Assembly (NCBI GenBank): GCA_963709335.1
Contig: CAVPWB010000009.1
Coordinates: 90,997-154,996, forward strand
Source: an uncultured Pseudomonadota bacterium
Lineage (GTDB): Bacteria; Pseudomonadota; Gammaproteobacteria; Burkholderiales; Casimicrobiaceae
Length of the DNA stretch: 64,000 nt
Direction: 5' to 3'
In this document: positions 57,060-64,000 of the stretch, piece by piece
Numbering within the stretch: the stretch's first letter is position 1
Layout of the letters: the number at the start of each line of letters is the position of its first letter
The notes under the pieces: model-generated
Database searches by the model: none
Told to the model about the DNA's origin: nothing
The model's input: the letters and a program-made list of their open reading frames with translations, nothing else
Made by a program: the position numbers and the translations under genes

Positions 57060-58688
57060 GTGGCCTCCCGCCTGCCTGCCTATGCCGCTCGCTTGTTGAA
57101 GTCGACGCCGCTCGAGAATCCGGTCTTCCGCAACTTCTACGTGGGATCGATCGGCGCGGCGCTCGGCTACACGATGCAGGCGACGATCTCGGCGTGGCTG
57201 ATGGCGACGCTGACGACTTCAGCGCTGATGGTGGCGCTCGTCCAGAGCGCCAGCACCGCACCGACACTGCTGTTCGGGCTCTTCGCCGGGACGCTCGCAG
57301 ACATCGTCGATCGCCGCCGCGTGATCATCGTCACGCAGATCCTGCTGTTCGCCGCGAGCCTCTTGCTCGGCTTCGCGGCCGTCGTCGGCATCGTCGGACC
57401 CGTGACGCTGCTGTTCCTGACGTTTCTCGTCGGCGCCGGCTTCACGTTCTACCTGCCCGCTCAGCAGGCGAGCATCAACGAAATGGTGTCGCGCGACAAC
57501 CTGTCGCGCGCCGTCGCGCTCGGCTCCGTCGCGTTCAACGTCGCGCGCGCACTCGGCCCGGCACTTGCCGGCGCAGTCGCGGCTGGGCTCTCGTCGGGCA
57601 GCGCGCTCATCGTCAGCGCGTTCTTCTTCGTGCCGATGTTCGTCGCGATGAAGCGCGCGAAGCCGCGCGAGGCCGCGCTGCCCGGCGTTCCGGAACGTCT
57701 GCTGTCGGGGGTGATGAGCGGCTTGCGTTACGTGCGGCACTCGACGCCGATGCGCGCGCTGATCCTGCGGAACCTGACGTTCAGTGTCTGCGCGAGTGCG
57801 TTCTGGGCGCTGCTGCCCGTGATCGCACGCGACCAGCTAGGCCTCGGCGCCGGCGGTTTCGGCCTGCTGTCGGCGAGCTTCGGCATCGGCGCGATCGTCG
57901 GCGCGGTATCGATACCCGGGCAGTTGCACCGGCAATCGATGAATCGCGTCGTCACGTCCGGCGGCATCCTGTGGGCCCTGGCGATCTTCATCGTAGCGCT
58001 GACCGTCAACACCGGACTCGCGCTGATCGGCACCGCCTGCGCGGGTGCCGCATGGGTCTACGTCTTCGCCACACTCTCGGCCGGCACGCAAAGCAGCGCG
58101 CCGGGGTGGGTGCGCGCGCGGGCGGTTTCGATGAACCTCGTCGCGACGCAGGGATGCCTGGCACTCGGCAGTGCGATATGGGGCGTTGTCGCCTCCGGAT
58201 TCGGAACGCGCTGGGCGCTGGCCACGTCGGCGTCGGCGGTCATCATCCTGCAATGGCTTTATCGGCGTGTTCGCGTCGAGATGGGCCAGGAAGCCGACGT
58301 GATTCCCGGCATGCAACTGCCGGAGCTCACCGTCTCCGCCGAGCCATTGCCCGACGACGGTCCGGTGCTGATCCAGCTCGAATACCGGATCGACGCCGAC
58401 AACCGCGACGCGTTCCTGAAGGCGATCCAGCGGGTCGGGCCCACGCGCCGGCGCAACGGTGCGACCAGTTGGCGCGTCTTTCGGGACGTCGGCGAGGACG
58501 GTCGCTTCGTCGAGCGCTACGTCATCGCGTCGTGGGCCGAGTACGTGCGCCTGCGGGCCAGGATGACGATGGCCGACAGCCGCCTGCAGCAGCGCGTGGC
58601 GGAACTGCAGCGCGCCGATGTCCCGATCCGCGTATCACGTCTCATTGGCGTCACCGCCGAGAGCAGCGGTCAGTCGCGGGTCGCGTAG
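57060..58688 (+). CDS. MFS_3 (EntS/'transmembrane secretion effector'-like) transporter with a ~105-aa soluble C-terminal tail
   Basis: ORF 56724..58688 overlaps the SnoaL gene on the other strand, and no in-frame ATG lies after 56944. I chose the GTG at 57060 tentatively; TTG 57093/57096 are alternatives. NPVFRNFYVGSIGAALGYTMQ..., 12-TM pattern, then the tail PVLIQLEYRIDADNRDAFLKAI...WAEYVR. Confidence 0.7.
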   Translation: MASRLPAYAARLLKSTPLENPVFRNFYVGSIGAALGYTMQATISAWLMATLTTSALMVALVQSASTAPTLLFGLFAGTLADIVDRRRVIIVTQILLFAASLLLGFAAVVGIVGPVTLLFLTFLVGAGFTFYLPAQQASINEMVSRDNLSRAVALGSVAFNVARALGPALAGAVAAGLSSGSALIVSAFFFVPMFVAMKRAKPREAALPGVPERLLSGVMSGLRYVRHSTPMRALILRNLTFSVCASAFWALLPVIARDQLGLGAGGFGLLSASFGIGAIVGAVSIPGQLHRQSMNRVVTSGGILWALAIFIVALTVNTGLALIGTACAGAAWVYVFATLSAGTQSSAPGWVRARAVSMNLVATQGCLALGSAIWGVVASGFGTRWALATSASAVIILQWLYRRVRVEMGQEADVIPGMQLPELTVSAEPLPDDGPVLIQLEYRIDADNRDAFLKAIQRVGPTRRRNGATSWRVFRDVGEDGRFVERYVIASWAEYVRLRARMTMADSRLQQRVAELQRADVPIRVSRLIGVTAESSGQSRVA

Positions 58689-59131
58689 AATTTGGCCGGG
58701 TCGACACTTGTCGAATGCGTCGCCAGGTAAACCTCGCGCAGGAACGACGTGAGTCCGCCGATGACCCCGAGCATCGCCAGCACGAACAGCACTCCGGCGG
58801 CCCAGCGCAGGTTCGTCGCGAAGAATTCGTCCACGAACAGCACGGCGATCACGAGACACACGAGCAGTGCCGCCGCCGTGCAGAAATTGATCGACCAGCT
58901 CGCGAACCTGCGGCGCCGCTCGAGGTAGGTGAGCTCGGTCCGCGCCTGCGCGCGCGACTTGTCGTCGAACGTCCGCCATGCCGCCTCGAGCGCCCTGGCC
59001 CGGTCGATGACCCGCGCGAGTCGGTTCGCCATCACGCCAAGCAGCCCGGCGATCCCGGTCAGCAGGAATACCGGCGCGATCGCCAGCTGGATCGCGTGCG
59101 AAATCAGCGGCATTGCGTCACTGGATGGCAT
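58670..59131 (-). CDS. DUF2721-domain membrane protein
   Basis: ORF 58670..59449 trimmed to the ATG at 59131 (or 59113). ISHAIQLAIAPVFLLTGIAGLLGVMANRLARVIDRARALE is the DUF2721 signature as I remember it. Three TM helices. Confidence 0.6.
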   Translation of the reverse strand: MPSSDAMPLISHAIQLAIAPVFLLTGIAGLLGVMANRLARVIDRARALEAAWRTFDDKSRAQARTELTYLERRRRFASWSINFCTAAALLVCLVIAVLFVDEFFATNLRWAAGVLFVLAMLGVIGGLTSFLREVYLATHSTSVDPAKFYATRD

Positions 59132-59240
59132 CGTGGGCGAGGCTGCGGAGTTCGGAATGGCAACGATAGCACTGCCGCAGCGCGGCGACGCAGTATAGTC
59201 GCGTCGCGCATCGCCCTTTGACCACAGCGGAGACACGACG

Positions 59241-59723
59241 ATGACCGACAACGAGCAATCCGGCGCAGCCTGGTCCCGACCGGGCTCACGACATGCTTTC
59301 GCGCTTGCGGCGCTGACAATGCTGGCCGTGTTGGCCGTGTCCGGCTGCGCGGGGCCGCCGTTCAGTCCGGAGCCGCACGACCTCACGTGCAACAGCGCGC
59401 AGCAATGCAAGGTCGAGGTGAGCGTCGCGTGCACTGGAGGTGCCTGCAAGCTGTCCGTCGATCATCCGCGCGTCTTCGCAAAGGGTTTCGCCGTCGTCTG
59501 GAACATCGTCAACAACGCCGGGCAATCGTACAAGTTCGCCGACGACAATGGCATTGCGTTCAAGACCGAAGCCGGGCGCAATGCCTTCCGCTGTCATGTG
59601 GAAGAAAACGGCGGCCGCATTGCGTGCATGAACCGTGGCACGGCCGGCACGTTCGAGTACGGCGTGCGCGTCAGCGGCATGCCGACCGTGCCGCCGCTCG
59701 ACCCGTGGGTCGTCAATCACTGA
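59241..59723 (+). CDS. small lipoprotein, function unknown
   Basis: 160 aa, SD GGAGA. Signal/lipobox FALAALTMLAVLAVSGC. The mature part has 7 more Cys (CNSAQQC, VACTGGAC, FRCH, IAC). No family recognised. Confidence 0.55.
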   Translation: MTDNEQSGAAWSRPGSRHAFALAALTMLAVLAVSGCAGPPFSPEPHDLTCNSAQQCKVEVSVACTGGACKLSVDHPRVFAKGFAVVWNIVNNAGQSYKFADDNGIAFKTEAGRNAFRCHVEENGGRIACMNRGTAGTFEYGVRVSGMPTVPPLDPWVVNH

Positions 59724-59729
59724 ACGGCG

Positions 59730-60059
59730 TTGATAGGACCGGCCGAAATCCTCGCTGTGCTGCTGGTCCTGCTCGGCTTGTGGCTGGTGTGGGACACGCT
59801 CCGCGCACGCGAGTACGCGAACACGGCGATGCGGGACGCATGCGAGCGTCGCGGATACCTTTTCCTCGATGACACGGTATCGCTGCATGCCGTGCGACCG
59901 ATCCGCAGCGCCGACGGCCGCGTGCGCCTGCGCCGCGTCTATCGCTTCCAATACAGCGATACGGGCCACAATCGGCGCGACGGCTCGATCACCATTGTCG
60001 GTCAGGCCGTGTCGGCGCTCGAGCTCGATGGCGTGACGCGCGCTGAGACGGCCCATTGA
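59730..60059 (+). CDS. DUF3301-domain protein (single N-terminal TM helix)
   Basis: 109 aa, TTG start at 59730, 6 nt after the lipoprotein stop. ILAVLLVLLGLWLVWDTLRAREYANTAMRDACERRGYLFLDDTVSL...RVYRFQYSDTGHNRRDG resembles DUF3301. Confidence 0.55.
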   Translation: MIGPAEILAVLLVLLGLWLVWDTLRAREYANTAMRDACERRGYLFLDDTVSLHAVRPIRSADGRVRLRRVYRFQYSDTGHNRRDGSITIVGQAVSALELDGVTRAETAH

Positions 60060-60078
60060 GCAGCGGCGATCGACGCCG

Positions 60079-61356
60079 ATGAAGGCGCGCGATATCGCCG
60101 TCGCCGCGATCGCGATCGCGTTGACCGCCGTCGCCGGCGTGATCGCGCTCAATTTTCGCACCGGCGAGAAGCAGATCGAGCAGACGGTGACGCGCCTATA
60201 CGCGACATCGGACCCGCAATTCGATCGCGCAATGGGAGTGCTGCTCGGACCCCCGATCCTCGAAGGCAACCGGTTCGAGGTCCTGGTGAACGGCGACGCC
60301 ATCTTTCCAGCAATGCTGGCGGCGATCAGCGGCGCGCGCGAGACGATAACGTTCGAAAGCTACATCTATTGGTCCGGGGCTGTCGGCCGGGCGTTTGCCG
60401 AGGCGCTCGCGGAGCGGGCGCGCGCGGGCGTACGCGTGCACCTTCTGCTGGATTGGCTGGGCAGCAGCAAGCTCGATCCCAGTCAGCTCGCGCTGATGGA
60501 AACTGCCGGCGTCGAGGTGCGCCGGTTTCACGAGCCGACCTGGTATCACCTTGCGCGGTTCAACAATCGAACCCATCGCAAGCTGCTGGTCGTAGACGGC
60601 CGGATCGGCTTCACGGGTGGGGTCGGCATTGCTGACGAATGGTCCGGCAATGCGCAGGACCCCGCACACTGGCGCGACACGCACTTTCGCGCCGAGGGGC
60701 CGGTCGTCGCCCAGATGCAAGCCGTGTTCATGGACAACTGGATCAAGGTAACCGGCAACGTTCTGCACGGTGCCGGGTATTTTCCCGCGATCGCCGTGGC
60801 GGGCAGGAGCCGCGGCCAGGTCTTCAGCAGTTCCCCCGAGGGCGGCAGTGAGAGCATGCGGCTCATGTACCTGCTGGCGATCACGGCGGCAACCCGGTCG
60901 ATCGATTTGTCGAGCGCGTATTTCGTACCGGACGCGCTGACCCAGGCGGCGCTCGTCAGCGCGGCGAAACGCGGCGTAAGGATCCGTATCATTACGCCGG
61001 GCGAGCACATGGACGCGGAAACGGTTCGGCGCGCGTCGCGGGCAGGCTGGGGTGCCCTGCTGCGGGCCGGCGTCGCGATCCACGAGTTTCAGCCTACGAT
61101 GTTCCATTGCAAGGTGCTCGTCGTCGACGCGCTGTGGACATCGGTCGGCTCGACCAACTTCGACAGCCGTTCGTTCGCGCTCAACGACGAAGCCAATCTC
61201 AACATCGACGATGCCGCTTTTGCCGGCCGGCAGGTCGACATATTCGAGGCTGATCTTGCGCGGTCGAAGCCAGTGACGCTACAGGCGTGGGAGCAGCGCC
61301 CCGCGTCGGAGAAGCTGCTCGAGCACGCCGCAGCCCTGCTGCGAACGCAGCTGTAA
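60079..61356 (+). CDS. phospholipase D-family protein / cardiolipin synthase (ClsB-like), N-terminal TM anchor
   Basis: 425 aa with two HKD motifs: NRTHRKLLVVDGRIGFTGGVGIAD and FHCKVLVVDALWTSVGSTNFDSRS. Confidence 0.85.
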   Translation: MKARDIAVAAIAIALTAVAGVIALNFRTGEKQIEQTVTRLYATSDPQFDRAMGVLLGPPILEGNRFEVLVNGDAIFPAMLAAISGARETITFESYIYWSGAVGRAFAEALAERARAGVRVHLLLDWLGSSKLDPSQLALMETAGVEVRRFHEPTWYHLARFNNRTHRKLLVVDGRIGFTGGVGIADEWSGNAQDPAHWRDTHFRAEGPVVAQMQAVFMDNWIKVTGNVLHGAGYFPAIAVAGRSRGQVFSSSPEGGSESMRLMYLLAITAATRSIDLSSAYFVPDALTQAALVSAAKRGVRIRIITPGEHMDAETVRRASRAGWGALLRAGVAIHEFQPTMFHCKVLVVDALWTSVGSTNFDSRSFALNDEANLNIDDAAFAGRQVDIFEADLARSKPVTLQAWEQRPASEKLLEHAAALLRTQL

Positions 61357-61402
61357 CCGCGGCGTGGCGAAACGTCGCACGCAGGTTCGCTAGACTTCCG
61401 GT

Positions 61403-64000
61403 ATGTCGCTCGCACTCCTGCTCGCGCTGCCCTTCATCGGCAGCGTCATCGCGGCGCTGTTGCCTTCCAACGCGCGCAACGCCGAGTCGACGTGGTCGGC
61501 GGCGATCGCCGCCGCCGCGCTGGTCCGCGTCGCAGTGATGTTTCCACAGGTGCGCGACGGCGGCGTCGTGCGCGAACAGATCGCGTGGATGCCGAGCGCC
61601 GGGCTCGACCTCACGATTCGCGTCGACGGCTTCGCGTGGATGTTCGCGATGCTCGTCACCGGCATCGGGTTTCTGGTGATCCTGTATTCGCGCTACTACA
61701 TGTCGCCGTCCGATCCGGTGCCGCGTTTCTTCGCGTTCCTGCTCGCGTTCATGGGTGCGATGCTCGGCCTGGTCACCTCGGGCAACCTCATCCAGCTCGT
61801 CTTCTTCTGGGAGTTGACGAGCCTCACGTCGTTCATGCTGATCGGCTATTGGCATCACCGCGCGGACGCAAGGCGCGGTGCGCGGATGGCGCTGCTCGTC
61901 ACCGCCGCCGGCGGATTGTGCCTGTTCGGCGGCGCGCTGCTGATCGGCCGAATCGTCGGCAGCTACGATCTCGACGTCGTGCTCGGCGCGGGCGCGCAGT
62001 TGCGTGCCGATCCACTCTATCGTCCGCTGCTGGCGCTGGTGCTGATCGGCGCGTTCACGAAAAGCGCTCAGTTCCCGTTCCAGTTCTGGCTGCCGCATGC
62101 GATGGCGGCGCCCACGCCGGTATCGGCCTACCTGCACTCCGCGACGATGGTGAAGGCCGGAGTCTTCCTGTTGGCACGACTGTGGCCGGTGCTCTCCGGC
62201 ACGCCGGAGTGGTTCTGGATCGTCGGCGGTGCCGGTCTCTGCACGCTGCTGATCGGTGCCTATGCGGCGATGTTCCAGCGCGACCTCAAGGGGCTGCTCG
62301 CGTATTCGACGATCAGCCATCTCGGCCTTATCACGCTGCTGCTCGGTCTCGACAGCCCGCTCGCCGCAGTCGCCGCCGTCTTCCACATCATCAATCACGC
62401 GACGTTCAAGGCGGCGCTTTTCATGGCGGCTGGCGTCATCGACCACGAGACCGGAACACGCGACATCCGAGGCTCGAACGGATTGTTTAAGGCGATGCCC
62501 ATCACGGCGACGCTCGCTATGGTCGCCAGCGCAGCGATGGCCGGCGTGCCGCTCCTGAACGGCTTCCTATCGAAGGAGATGTTCTTCGCCGAGACCGTCT
62601 ACATCGCGTCGAACCCGTGGGTCGAGTGGGGACTGCCGATCGCCGCAACGATTGCGGGCATTTTCGCCGTCGTCTATGCGCTGCGGTTCAGCGTCGATAT
62701 CTTCTTCGGCGAACCCTCCTCCGACCTACCGCGAAAGCCGCACGAGCCGTCGCGCTGGATGCGCGTACCGATCGAGTTACTCGTGCTCGCCTGCCTCGTC
62801 GTCGGCATATTCCCGGCGCAATCGATCGGGCCTGTGCTCGCCGCGGCGGCGAACCCCGTCGTCGGCGGCGACTTGCCGGACTACGATCTTGCACTGTGGC
62901 ACGGCGTCAACGCACCGCTCGTCATGAGCGTGCTCGCGATGATCGGCGGTGCGCTTTGCTATGCGTGGCTGCGGCGCCAGCTCGCCCGCGGGCGCTTCCG
63001 CCGAGCGCCGCTCGTCGGGACGCCTGGACGGCAAGTCGGCGTTCGAGTCGCTGCTCGCGCGGTCTAGCCTCGTCGCGCGCCACGCACTCGAATTCTTCGG
63101 CACGCGCCGGCTGCAGCCGCAATTGTTCCTGCTCGCGCTGCTCGCCGTGCTGGCGCCGACCGCGTCGATGTGGGCCGACGGCATCGGCTGGGGACCACGT
63201 CCGCGTGTCCCGGCGTCGCCCGAGGTCGTCGCGATCTCGGTCATCGGCATCGCCTGCGCGATCGCCGCGACGTGGCAGTCGAAGTATCATCGCCTCGCCG
63301 CGCTGACGATGCTCGGCGTCGTCGGTCTCGTCGTCTGCCTGACGTTCGTATGGTTCTCCGCGCCCGATCTCGCGTTGACGCAACTCGTCGTCGAGGTCGT
63401 CACGCTCGTGCTGTTCCTGCTCGGGCTGCGCTGGCTGCCCAAGCGCGCAGTGCCGGATGATCCGCACACACCGCTGCACGTACGCATCCGGCGTGCGCGC
63501 GACCTCGTGCTCGCGCTCGTGGCCGGCGCCGGCATGGCGGCGCTTTCGTACGCGATGCTCACCCGGCCCGCGCCGCAGAGCATCTCGCCGTTCTTTCTCG
63601 ACCAGGCGGTGCCCGGCGGCGGCGGTGCGAACGTGATCAACGTGATGCTCGTCGACTTCCGCGCCTTCGATACGCTGGGCGAGATCACCGTGCTCGGCGT
63701 CGTCGCGCTGACCGTCTACGCACTGCTGCGACGATTCCGGCCGCCGCGGGAAAGCGCGCGGCTGCCGCGGCAGCAAAACGCGTCGCAAGGCGTTGCGACA
63801 GACCTCGTCCATCCGCGTACGACGCCCGATACGCTACCTGGCTACATGCTGGTGCCTGCCGTGCTCGTCCGCTGGCTGTTGCCCATCGCGGGCATGATCG
63901 CGGCATATCTGTTCCTGCGCGGGCACAACGAGCCCGGTGGCGGGTTCGTTGCGGGCCTGGTGGTCGCGATCGCGATCGTCACGCAGTACCTGGTGGCGGG
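61403..64000 (+). pseudogene. mrpA: monovalent cation/H+ antiporter subunit A (MrpA/PhaA-type, fused A-B form) with an apparent +1 frameshift near 63017; 3' end outside the window
   Basis: Frame 1 (61403-63067) has the NuoL-like core (FQFWLPHAMAAPTPVSAYLHSATMVKAGVFLLARL) and then stops after an implausible tail GTPGRQVGVRVAARAV. The +1 frame is open from 62943 to the window end. It encodes the expected continuation GRLDGKSAFESLLARSS..., PDLALTQLVVEVVTLVLFLLGL (MbhD/DUF4040-like) and NVINVMLVDFRAFDTLGEITVLG, GHNEPGGGFVAGL (MnhB-like). A sequencing error has not been excluded. Confidence 0.65.

Noticed and set aside
61403-63067. Reading the mrpA break as a natural MrpA / MrpB gene boundary rather than a frameshift
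   Set aside because: The first ORF stops at ~554 aa, well before the MbhD/DUF4040-like and MnhB-like segments that belong to subunit A or the A-B fusion. The second frame has no plausible start/SD near 62943-63020, and its first ~25 codons look non-coding. A single-base change in a GGG run joins the two frames seamlessly.

Overview
GC-rich, very densely coding chromosomal window. Gene content and order look like a Burkholderia-type betaproteobacterium, but that is an inference and no search was run. I call about 58 protein genes. I found no rRNA or tRNA genes, no CRISPR array, and no transposase or integrase. Left third (1-16.6 kb, all minus strand): radA (truncated by the window edge), hldA, ugd, pyrF, lapB/lapA, ihfB, rpsA, and the conserved gyrA-serC-pheA-hisC-tyrA-aroA-cmk aromatic 'supraoperon'. 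Middle (17-35.6 kb): an OmpA-family lipoprotein, mtaD-ubiG-gph, an orphan GspC-like gene, and a loosely linked succinylase-branch DAP set (dapC ... dapD-map-glnD ... dapE-prmB). That set is interrupted by an AlgZ/FimS-AlgR-like two-component pair, a ~125-bp tandem repeat, a beta-helix protein/def/MTA-MTI phosphorylase operon, and an orphan PilT/PilU-type ATPase. Right part (35.6-64 kb) looks accessory: a cNMP-domain MscS channel, a TPP enzyme, a Liv-type ABC transporter, an orphan gentisate dioxygenase with two MFS genes, an aldo/keto reductase, an APC permease-DUF5996-zfUBP-RraA operon, pirin, class I aldolase, an MFS_3 transporter, DUF2721, lipoprotein-DUF3301-phospholipase D, and mrpA. The best candidate for an undescribed system is the uncharacterised radical-SAM + DUF4130-UDG gene pair (48.2-50.8 kb). 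Its glycosylase domain carries the UdgX-type KRRIH loop, and a perfect LexA-box-like palindrome sits just upstream. Other sequence-level oddities are a 22-bp direct repeat that creates a 9-codon relay ORF at the ugd/hldA junction, an apparent +1 frameshift in mrpA, and clustered hairpins after the OmpA-like gene. All product calls rest on motifs I recognise in the translations; no alignments, HMMs or folding programs were run. Start codons are often uncertain because of the GC-rich background.
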